Below are positions 54,835 to 64,000 of a stretch of DNA of 64,000 nucleotides, piece after piece. This DNA is from an uncultured delta proteobacterium. GTDB lineage: Bacteria > Desulfobacterota > Zymogenia > Zymogenales > Zymogenaceae. Location of the stretch: NCBI GenBank assembly GCA_963735595.1, contig CAVTLK010000001.1, positions 1,013,781-1,077,780 of the forward strand, read 5' to 3'. The notes beneath the pieces were generated by a model, which saw nothing but the letters and a program-made list of their open reading frames with translations, did not search any database and was not told the origin of the DNA. Each line of letters opens with the position of its first letter. Positions within the stretch are counted from its first letter, which is position 1. Made by a program: the position numbers and the translations under genes.

Positions 54835-55694
54835 GCAGACACTTTGCAGTTTGTTGAATCTGAGAAGTTCAATAATCGGAACAGGAGTCTATTTCCCAAT
54901 AATCGCCGGTATTGCTCGGATGCCCTGATATCAGTAATAGGTGCAATGACCTTTTGTACCATGGGAAATATCGACATGAGATTTTCACGTGTGAGCTTCT
55001 TATTAGTCAATTGCTCCTCTATTGCATGTGATCTCACAATACAAGGGCCAAGGCTACCCCATGCTAATCGTATGGTCTGTATGGTGTCTTCCTCAAGTCT
55101 TATTAAGGCAGCTAAACTGGCAACCGAGCAAGCCATGGCATTACGCCTGCCCACTTTTTCATAATGCTGATTCGACCAATTCGGCGGATATTTCAAAATG
55201 ATGGCGGATAATATCTCACCTCTATTTAGAGCGACTTTACCAGGACCACATATAAAATCTTGAATCGGAACTTTCCGTACTCCATTACAACTCATCAATT
55301 CCAGCTCGGCCTCCAATACGTACAATGAGGGCAAAGTATCACCCGCAGGTGAAGCTGTACAGATATTTCCGCCCATTGTGGCCATATTTCTAATGGCAGG
55401 AGAAGCTAAGCTGGTAATCGCTTGAACGAGAATAGGAAATCGAACGCCGATCTGTTCATCGTGCAACAATCGATTTAATTTTGCGCCTGCTCCAATTCGT
55501 GTACAGTATTCGTGATGCTCTATTAAATGAAGTTCAGCAATTCTCTCCAAACAGATGAACTTTTCCTTTGATCGGGTTACTTCATCCATGCCGACCAACA
55601 GATCGGTTCCTCCTGAATAGATTAATGCGGATGGGTGATCTCTATGGATACTCCACATTTGGGATAAAGTTGTCGGTATAAAAAGATTATTCAT
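54831..55694 (-). CDS. Xanthine dehydrogenase-family FAD-binding subunit
   Basis: YSGGTDL, ASPAIRNMATMGGN..ASPAGD, EKVGRR, PITDIRAS..YR. Confidence 0.92.
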   Translation of the reverse strand: MNNLFIPTTLSQMWSIHRDHPSALIYSGGTDLLVGMDEVTRSKEKFICLERIAELHLIEHHEYCTRIGAGAKLNRLLHDEQIGVRFPILVQAITSLASPAIRNMATMGGNICTASPAGDTLPSLYVLEAELELMSCNGVRKVPIQDFICGPGKVALNRGEILSAIILKYPPNWSNQHYEKVGRRNAMACSVASLAALIRLEEDTIQTIRLAWGSLGPCIVRSHAIEEQLTNKKLTRENLMSIFPMVQKVIAPITDIRASEQYRRLLGNRLLFRLLNFSDSTNCKVSA

Positions 55695-56160
55695 TCTGAT
55701 CTTGGACCACTCGAATTGCCTGTTCAACCGCTTCGACTATTTTCTGATACCCAGTGCATCTACAGAGGTTGCCCGCCAACCCTTCTTTGATTTCCAGCCG
55801 AGTTGCATTCGGTTTTATTTTCAAAAGATATGCTGCTGCCAATATCATCCCCGGCGTGCAGTAGCCGCATTGAACAGCGCCATATTCTATGAACATTTTT
55901 TGCAAAATATGGAATTGAGGTATCTGGCTTATTCCTTCAATCGTTATTATTTCACAGTTTTGAATTTGTCCGGCAAGCATAAGGCATGAAACTTTTGTCT
56001 CTCCATTTACGAGAATCGTGCATGCGCCACAGTCTCCACTCCCGCAAGCGGTCTTGGTGCCGAATAATCCGCAATCTTCTCGTAAAACATCGACCACCTT
56101 TTTAATAGCTGAGGTCTCCAAGGATTTCATTTGACCATTAAGTCTGAATTCCAATTTCAT
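55687..56160 (-). CDS. Xanthine dehydrogenase-family 2x[2Fe-2S] subunit
   Basis: CGSGDCGACT...SC, QCGYCTPG, GNLCRCTGY. Confidence 0.95.
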   Translation of the reverse strand: MKLEFRLNGQMKSLETSAIKKVVDVLREDCGLFGTKTACGSGDCGACTILVNGETKVSCLMLAGQIQNCEIITIEGISQIPQFHILQKMFIEYGAVQCGYCTPGMILAAAYLLKIKPNATRLEIKEGLAGNLCRCTGYQKIVEAVEQAIRVVQDQNE

Positions 56161-58464
56161 AATTGCTCGTTATTGATCAAAATAGTGAGAATCTTTTCTG
56201 CCGTTATTGGCGGATCAATATGGACATCACCAAGAGCATCATAAACAGCGTTTAAAATGGCGGGAATTGGTCCATTGGCGGCAATCTCTCCGATTCCCTT
56301 CGCTCCAAATGGGCCGCTGTGCTCATATAATTCAACGGCAACGGATTCCATATCGGGAATGTCCATGCTCGTAGGTATCAGATAAGTAGAAAAATTGCGA
56401 GTTAACGCTGCTACCGTGCTGCACTTCAAAGTCTTCCATCATTGTCAACCCAATTGATTGAGCAATTCCTCCTTGTATCTGTTGTTCATAGATTTGCGGA
56501 TTAAGGACCATGCCGGCATCTGTAACGGCTAAATAGTTCACAATGGTAAGTGAACCCGTTATTTGATCAACTTCGACGAGAGCCAAATGCGCCCCATAGG
56601 TGTACATGGTGTGAGGGAGGCCATGCAATCGTAATATATCCGGCAAATTAAGATTATCCTGTGCAACAGGAGAACGAAATCGATAGGTAACCACTTTTTC
56701 CGCCTGGGTTAACATATTAGCTAAAGCACTGAGACTAATGGTCTTGCCGTTTTCGAGATTCTTCACGAATCCAGGAATGAGCGCAATTTGGTTCGTGTCT
56801 CTTGCGAACAGAAAATCGGCAGCTCGTTGTCGGATTCGTTCCGAAAGCAGGTTAGCTGCTCCAATTAAGGCGTTACCAAACGCATAGGTGCATCGACTTG
56901 CAGAAGCGGACCCGCTAGGAAGTGTTGCATCCGTATCAGGCAAAATAAGTTGCAATTGCGAGCTTTCCTGATTGAGGATTGCCCCGGCTAATTGGAGATT
57001 TGTACTTGCGTTCCCTTGGCCCATATCTACGATGCCACAGAAAATGGTAATTTTGCCATCCAAATTCAATTCCAATTTAGCATTCGCAACGTCGGGCACG
57101 ATTGGCCCATACCCGGATGCCTGCATGAGCGAGGCTAAACCGATACCCCTAAGATTGTTTTCGGATGCATCCTGCTTCCATTTTTTTGCTCCAACATAAA
57201 GCGGGTGCTTTTTTAACCTTAACAGGCACTCAGAAATTCCTATTGACCTTGTAATTGTCTTACCTACACAGTTCGTAGCGCCAATCTTCAAAGCGTTCTG
57301 CAATCTAAAATCAATTGGATTCATTTTCAGGGTGTTGGCCATTTTATTCATGAGCTGTTCAATTGCAGACGTAACCTGAGGAACTCCAAATCCTCGAAAT
57401 GCCCCTCCAATAGGATTATTTGTGTATACTGCCAAGCCTTTGATGAGACAATTCGGTATATGGTAAGCACCTCCCGCATGTTCACAAGCAAGAGCCAGGA
57501 CCACCCCACCCAAATGATCATAGGGCCCTGTATCCAGGGAGATATGAGCCTCCAAATAATGTAATTTGCCGTTCTCCTTGGCTCCAAGTGTGAAATCCAT
57601 GATTGCAGAATGCCTTTTCGTCCCGGATATGAAGGATTCTTCGCGTTCCAACCACATTTTCACTGGTTTATTTGGTGAATGAAGAGCGGCCAAGCCGAGC
57701 AGTGTTTGGACAGTTACCCCATCTTTTCCGCCGAATGCGCCCCCTACATAGGGGACTATTATCCTTACGTCCAGGGGATTCATTCCAAGTACTTCTGCAG
57801 TTTCCATCCTGTCACGAAACGGAGTTTGGGTGGAACATTCTATGGTCAATTTACCATCTTCATAAATGGCCCAACCACATTCGGTTTCCAAATACGCGTG
57901 TTCCTGCATTGGTGTTCTGAAACATTCACGAATCACAAAGTCTGATTCATCCAGAGCCTCTTTCCCTTTGCCGGCAACTATTTCAGCTTTAAGGAGGGTG
58001 TTACCTTGGGGATGATCTTCATGAATGAGAATACTGCCTGCCTTTAAAGCATCCTCAATACTGAAAATACCTGGTAAATGCTCGATATTCAGTTCAATTA
58101 ATTCCAAAGCAGTTTTCAATGCCAATTTTGACTCAGCGAGAACCAGTGCAACCGGATCGCCACAATGCCGGATTCGATCAGAGATAAGGACGGGTTGGTC
58201 TTTGCGGATTACACCCTGTTTATTTATACCGGGGATATCTTTGGACGTCAGAATGGCAATAATACCCGGAACAGCTCGAGCAGATTCAAGATGCATATTG
58301 ATCAGTTGGGCATGAGGCACTCCAGCTCGTTTTGCACCTACCCATATCATTTCTGGATTATAAAAATCGCTTGCGAATCTGGTTTCTCCACATACTTTTG
58401 AGTAAGCGTCGTCTCTGGGGAAGCTAGATCCAATATGAAGCTGCAATGATGGTTTCTTGATCAT
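56157..58464 (-). CDS. Xanthine dehydrogenase / aldehyde oxidoreductase-family molybdopterin subunit; one frameshift near 56400
   Basis: HAYLE, GGAFGGK, AFRGFG, DMGQG, QIQGG, and GAKGIGE in the second frame. Confidence 0.92.
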
Positions 58465-58484
58465 ATTAACACTGTTGGAATGGT

Positions 58485-59592
58485 CTATTTGGCTGTTATC
58501 TGCTGTAATGCGTTTACGAACTGTTCCATTATTTCAATTTTGTTGATCGAAATCCTTATGTGGTTAGGAAATCGAAACCCGGTCATGCTGCGAACCATCA
58601 TGCCGTATTTCATTAATTTTCTGTATGCAAGCGTATCACTTATTGGGAGTTTTATTACAACGAAATTACCTTCCCCTGACGAGAAACTCGAATCCACGAG
58701 CTTCCAATTCATTTTCAAGATACTGCTTTGAACTACGGATCAGTTGGCGCGTTTTCTGAACGTGTTCATCGTCATCTAATGCGGCAATGGCTGCATCTTG
58801 AGCCAAACTATTGACGGAGTAAACAATACAGGTTTTCTTGACTACATTGACCGTAGCCGCTGAACTTACGAGATATCCGATTCTCAGTCCCGCTAATCCG
58901 TACATTTTGGAAAACGTGCGAAAGACGATCAAATTTGGATATTCGTCTAAAAAATCTAATCCATTCGGGTAATCGGGACGCTCTACAAATTCAAAGTAAG
59001 CTTCATCAACAACCACAATTTGGTTTCCACGTACATTATTCATGAAACTTTGGAATCTTTTTTTATCCCAATAAGACCCGGTGGGATTATTTGGATTGCA
59101 TACAAAAAGAATTTTTGTCCGTGCGTCTATTGCATCCAACATTGCTTCTGCATCGAAGCCAAAGTTTTTCAGCGGAATAAGCTTTGCCTGAATTCCGGAA
59201 AATTCAGCAACCCATTCGTAAACAGCGAACGTTTTATCGGCAGTTATAATATTATCGCCCTGTTCACAAAACGCTTTTATTACGAAAGAAATTACTTCAT
59301 TGGCACCATTACCAACCAAAATCTGATCCGGATGTATGCCGAATTTTTCAGCTAGTTTTTCACGCAGATAATATGAATCCCCACTTGGGTAGACAGCAGC
59401 TTTGTCCGGGGTGAATGTGGCAATCACTTCCTTGGCACTATTAGGAGGTCCGAGGGGATTTTCATTGTTATTGAGTCTAAATACCTGAGGACACCCATAA
59501 AGCTTTATCAATTCTTTATCTGGCTTACTTGGTACATAGGCCTCAAATCGTTTCAGATAATCTGGTAGAAATTTTTCCGCTGACCAATTCAA
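58485..59592 (-). CDS. HisC-like PLP-dependent aminotransferase; one frameshift near 58700
   Basis: LNNNENPLGP, GNGANE, CNPNNPTG, VDEAYFEF, RTFSKMYGLAGLRIG (PLP lysine); context suggests it is not the housekeeping hisC. Confidence 0.88.
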
Positions 59593-60900
59593 TTATTCAG
59601 ATCTCCTGGGCAATGCTGGAACACTACAATATCGGCAATGCCTGCGTACGGGAGAATTATTCTCGGGCTGAATTCGGACTCCAAGAGAGCTGGTACAAAG
59701 TAACTTTGCCATGCCAAACCGAGGTCTAATTCAAAATAGATATTGTGTATACCTTCATTCTGAAACGTGGAAATATGATCCTTTATGATTTGTTTAACAT
59801 CTCGGCCCATCCATATTGGTTTCAAAGTAACTTTCTTACTTACAATATTGACCTCTGAAGCCAAAACAGAATTTGGTGAAACCTGCTCACCATCATTTGA
59901 AATTAAATTGATTTCCCTTGCGAAAAAAAGATGTTCGTATTTTTTCTCTAAAAACTCCAGGAGCAATTCATGGCTCCACACAGTTAAACCCGGATCTTCA
60001 TCAATTTGTCTAAAATAGGTTGTGATTTCTTTAGCATCAGACTCGGTAGCTTTGAAACGAAGACTACCGAGATTATCAAAATATTCGCTGGAGACAGCGT
60101 CCGTTGGGTAACGATTAATTACCCCGATTGCCCGAGTCTTAGCAATACTCTCTAGAAAGCCTTCCAGGAGCAAATGCGAAATTTCAGCTTTGTGGGATGA
60201 ATCAAATACATAAGGACCGAAGAATTCGAGTAATTTGTCAGAATCCTTCCTCCACAGCAGTCCTCCACCGAGATGACCTATTCCGTCTGTAATGATCAAT
60301 CCAAACAGCAAGCCATTTCTAAACAGATCAATTGCGTATCCTGGAGTTTGAAACCACATTGGAATAAACGGGTTATTATAAGACTGGGCTGCGTATCTAA
60401 TCATTAATTTTAAATATTCGTCATTGGGTTGCATCTTCCTTAAATCAGATAATCGAGGTTCCTCCATTGGCAAATTTTCCTGCGCCAACGGATATGCTTT
60501 ATTTTTTGCCAGAATTAATCTTGTTACATTGTGTTCATGAAAAAAGCGAAATCGATCTATCATCCTTGCAGCAATGAGAAGGCCCGTTTCTTCAAAGTTA
60601 TGGCTGTGTATATCAACGTGAGAGGTGATATTGAATGCACTTACGTTAAAGTTCTGAGATTCGAAAATGAATTCTGCTTCGATTCGACCTATATTATTTC
60701 TGCACAGAAGCTCTAAATGCTGATCTGGGGCTGCTATTGCGCTGATATAATTAAAGACTTCCTCAGTGGCAAGGGTAAGCGCCAAAGCTTCATTTTTACC
60801 CATATCGAATCCAATGGCTCCATTTTCGATAAAAGAGGTTGCCACTGAAACGAATTTAGAACTTGTTGGAAGAAATAACTTCAGTACCCGCTGGTTCCAT
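59589..60900 (-). CDS. Hypothetical protein with a degenerate RsbW/HATPase_c-like N-terminus and a GNAT-like C-terminal region
   Basis: LKLFLPTSSKFVSVATSF...LATEEVFNYI (N-box-like)...ETGLLIAARMIDRFRF (G2-like); the frame extends upstream of 60845, and ATG 60900 is one base out of frame. Confidence 0.6.
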
Positions 60901-60999
60901 CAGCCTTGTTCCTACTTCGGGTTATACTGGTTAATACGTAGCTATCCTAACATTGGGGATAGAAATAGATCCACGATTATTTGTCATAATGCGAAAATC

Positions 61000-61901
61000 C
61001 TAATTTCGAGCTTTTATGAACCATTCTTGTTTAGGTGCTGTGAACCCGTCAATATTGAGGAGTTGTAACAAATCTTTTCCCTCAGGATCATTCTCCATAG
61101 TCAATAATATGCTTTGAATTCCAAGTACTAATTGCGGATGCATCTTTGTTGAACAGATTACAGGTGGAAATGCGTAGGGAGCAGTTTCAGCTATGACGCG
61201 TATTCTCGTTTTTAAAATCGGATCCTGCTCTAACCTCCTATTAAGAGTGTCTTTGTTTACCACGCAGCAATCGAGAAGCTTTCTTTCAATTGCCGAAATG
61301 GCATCTTCATCATCACGGAAGTACACAATTCTATCGAAGAATTCCTCGGGTTTTTTATGCACAATAGACGGTATGTATGAAGCTGTCGCCGATCCACCCA
61401 CTGATTCGGCATCATATAGGCCGAGGGATTTGCCGCCTAAATCTTTGATCTGGTAAAAAGGTGAACGTTCATTGACAATAAAGGATAACTGAGATGTTGG
61501 ACTTTGATTCAATATAGGTACGGCAATCGAATTCCATTCTTGGGTTGTCTCGTAGCGGGGTACATCAGAAAGAAAGAAAATGATGTCCAGGTCGCGTTTA
61601 AGCAGCAGGTCAGATTGCGAGATTTTGTTTTCTTGATCATAGATCACAATCTCACAATTCATCTTGCGACCTAGGTATCCAGGATCTTTACTTTGTTCAA
61701 GTGTATTTCCGAAATTTGATGAAAATTACCGAAACCAACTCTAAGAGATCCAGTGGAACTCTGGGTTCGGGAAAGTTGAGTGACGGATGTTTCCTTATGT
61801 TTTTGCGTGTCTTTTACCTCTTGTGAGCACCCTATGATAGTCGCTAAAATGAGCAAATAAGCTGTATATTTTCCTGTTCGCATACCGTTTCCGTTTTTCA
61901 T
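61000..61901 (-). CDS. PhnD-like (phosphate/phosphite/phosphonate) substrate-binding lipoprotein; one frameshift near 61680
   Basis: Lipobox IIGC, LRVG, IVNERSP..IKDL.GK, IRVIAET.PY.FPPV. Confidence 0.7.
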
Positions 61902-62118
61902 AAATGAACTCCATAAAGTTGGAAATTGTTCCTTACTTTTTTTTCATCGAAATATCAATCCTGCAATTTACCTATTATGCTCTTAGAAAGATTAAAGAAG
62001 AGATGGCTATGGACTTGCGATAAAAAAAAAGCTACATAACTCATTTGCAGAAGTTTGAATCGCACTAGCATTATTTTGCTTCCCAATAATGTTTGAAGAC
62101 TTTCGACCGAGGTCCACC

Positions 62119-63663
62119 GTGTCACATCCAAATTACATATTAATTCTCGATTTTGGATCACAATACACACAGCTCATAGCGCGCCGTGTACGGGAGATAG
62201 GTGTTTATTGTGAAATTCACCCGTATTTTAAAGGCGATGAGATCATAGCGACCAATCCTCCCGATGCCATAATTCTTTCTGGAGGACCTGCCAGCGTTTA
62301 TGATGAAGATGCTCCACAACTGAATATCAATATTTTAAAATCAGGAATTCCCATTCTAGGTATATGCTATGGCTTGCAGGCAATTACTTATTGTCTTGGG
62401 GGAAAAGTGGAGCGCGCCCAAGATAGAGAATATGGCCGGGCTTATTTGGATTGGGTGAAACAGGATTCTACGCTGTTGGAAGGGATTTCATCCGGTTCTC
62501 AAGTCTGGATGAGTCATGGAGATAAAGTAATCAGCCCACCGGAGCAGTTTTACGCTTGTTGCAGTACAGCAGATACTCCCTATGCCGCTTTTGAAAATAC
62601 CACCCTAAAGATTTATGGTGTTCAGTTTCATCCCGAAGTTGTTCATACTCCAGATGGCCGAAAGATCCTTGAGAACTTTATCCGCAAAATTGCGAATATA
62701 CAAATTTCGTGGAATATGGCTAGTTTCATCGAAACTTCGACGGAACATCTCAGGCATTTAGTAGGGGATAATCATGTCGTCGCGGCATTATCCGGAGGCG
62801 TAGATTCTTCTGTAATGGTTACATTGCTTCACAAAGCAATCGGCGTTCAACTGCATCCTATCTTCGTCAATAACGGCCTGTTACGTAAAGATGAAGCTCA
62901 AGAAGTAGTTCAGACATTTAAATCATTGGAAATTGATCTCGATTACGTGGATGCTTCAGAGCGATTCTTGAGCAAGTTAACTGGAATTATCGATCCTGAA
63001 CGTAAGCGAAAAATAATTGGAGAAGAATTTATCCGGGTATTTGAAGAAGAATCAAAAAGATTTCCTCAAGTCAGATTCCTCGCACAGGGCACGCTTTATC
63101 CTGATGTCATTGAAAGTGTCTCATTTAAAGGGGGACCCTCCGCAACAATTAAGAGCCACCATAATGTGGGTGGCCTTCCCGAAAAAATGCATCTTGATCT
63201 TATTGAACCTCTTCGTGAGTTGTTCAAGGACGAAGTTCGCGAATTGGGTCTTGAATTAGGTTTACCTGAATCCATCATTTGGAGGCACCCTTTTCCCGGA
63301 CCGGGTCTTGCCGTTCGGATCTTAGGTGAAATAACTCCAGATCGAATATCCCTATTGCAAGATGCTGATTTTATTGCCATTGAGGAAATACGGAAAGCTG
63401 ATCTTTATCGATCAATTTGGCAAGCATTTGTGGTGTTGCTTCCTGTTAAATCCGTTGGGGTTATGGGTGATGAAAGAACCTACGAGCATGTTGCAGCTCT
63501 TAGAGCTGTCGAAGCAACGGACGGTATGACGGCGGATTGGTTTAAAATTCCTTATGAAGTATTAGGGACGATTTCAAACCGGATAATAAATGAAGTGCGT
63601 GGGATAAATCGCGTGGTATACGATATCTCTTCTAAACCGCCGAGCACAATTGAGTGGGAATAG
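62119..63663 (+). CDS. guaA: GMP synthase (glutamine-hydrolysing)
   Basis: [64 protein letters not shown] start after GAGGT. Confidence 0.97.
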   Translation: MSHPNYILILDFGSQYTQLIARRVREIGVYCEIHPYFKGDEIIATNPPDAIILSGGPASVYDEDAPQLNINILKSGIPILGICYGLQAITYCLGGKVERAQDREYGRAYLDWVKQDSTLLEGISSGSQVWMSHGDKVISPPEQFYACCSTADTPYAAFENTTLKIYGVQFHPEVVHTPDGRKILENFIRKIANIQISWNMASFIETSTEHLRHLVGDNHVVAALSGGVDSSVMVTLLHKAIGVQLHPIFVNNGLLRKDEAQEVVQTFKSLEIDLDYVDASERFLSKLTGIIDPERKRKIIGEEFIRVFEEESKRFPQVRFLAQGTLYPDVIESVSFKGGPSATIKSHHNVGGLPEKMHLDLIEPLRELFKDEVRELGLELGLPESIIWRHPFPGPGLAVRILGEITPDRISLLQDADFIAIEEIRKADLYRSIWQAFVVLLPVKSVGVMGDERTYEHVAALRAVEATDGMTADWFKIPYEVLGTISNRIINEVRGINRVVYDISSKPPSTIEWE

Positions 63664-63682
63664 CCCGATTTGCCTGGAATAC

Positions 63683-63711
63683 GAAAAAGCCTCTTTTCGG
63701 GAGGCTTTTTC
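63683..63711. terminator. Bidirectional rho-independent terminator
   Basis: GAAAAAGCCTC-ttttcgg-GAGGCTTTTTC between convergent genes. Confidence 0.85.
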
Positions 63712-63752
63712 ATTTCATGAGCACTTTAATTGATTTCTTAATTCGTGATATG

Positions 63753-63923
63753 TTAACTACCTGAATCAGAGAGCCACTTTTCAATATAGGTCTTCAGCTT
63801 CTGCATTTTTTCAGAAGGCAATTCTTCTATCATACGCTTCAGCTCGTGATATTTTGGATGCTCACGCAGTGGTGTATATGGTCGCGGTTTGAGCTTACCA
63901 CCTGTTTTTTCAAGAGGTTGCAT
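63753..63923 (-). CDS. Small hypothetical protein (56 aa), below the ORF-track cutoff
   Basis: RBS AGGAGG; MQPLEKTGGKLKPRPYTPLREHPKYHELKRMIEELPSEKMQKLKTYIEKWLSDSGS*; converges on the guaA terminator. Confidence 0.6.
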   Translation of the reverse strand: MQPLEKTGGKLKPRPYTPLREHPKYHELKRMIEELPSEKMQKLKTYIEKWLSDSGS

Positions 63924-64000
63924 ATTCATCCTCCTACTGATTTCATGATGAATTTCCTCTGGAAGGCTTCTTAGTCCAGGTTAAGATTCCGCCGTGCCCG

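Noticed and set aside
54831..58464. Aerobic CO dehydrogenase (coxMSL form I)
   Set aside because: The active-site loop is AFRGFG, not AYxCSFR, so it is a generic XDH/aldehyde oxidoreductase-family enzyme
63663..64000. Genomic island integrated at the guaA 3' end
   Set aside because: A terminator and a small convergent ORF follow; no integrase or att duplication within the window

Overview
The window is a composite of at least three unrelated DNA segments. (1) About 1-16.1 kb is GC-rich with no visible frameshifts and looks like an anaerobic bacterium, probably a deltaproteobacterium. It carries a minus-strand FHA / Ser-Thr kinase-PQQ-propeller / secreted vWA signalling operon, the 3' half of a tRNA-Arg(TCT) with integrase arm-like repeats (att site), and an extended sigma54-controlled 'orange protein' (Orp)-type cluster. 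That cluster contains an OrpR-like activator, NifB/NifX-family proteins, DUF5320, a Mrp-NifX fusion, two Fe-S P-loop ATPases, an MBL hydrolase, TrmO, a CoA-disulfide reductase-rhodanese and IscU. (2) About 16.1-23.23 kb is AT-richer, Bacteroidota-like DNA encoding GH92 and GH38-like glycosidases and a sugar porter. (3) About 23.24-64 kb looks like an AT-rich sulfate-reducer or syntroph-type deltaproteobacterium. It encodes a NarI/DsrM-like plus Fe-S pair, FprA, a lipid/glycan modification locus, a VKOR-DsbA fusion, paaK, rfbD, leuC, an unknown secreted protein with highly biased codons, slyD and guaA. Its most unusual part is a 10.7-kb operon joining a PLP aminotransferase, a three-subunit Mo-hydroxylase, an MFS transporter and two GNAT-like paralogues to a Cache-HAMP-PP2C / STAS / HATPase-like partner-switching module, which is the best candidate for an undescribed system. 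The junction near 23,235 is visible as an in-frame chimeric ORF. Segments 2 and 3 contain roughly twenty frameshifts, most likely uncorrected long-read errors. All calls come from motif recognition by eye; no searches were run.
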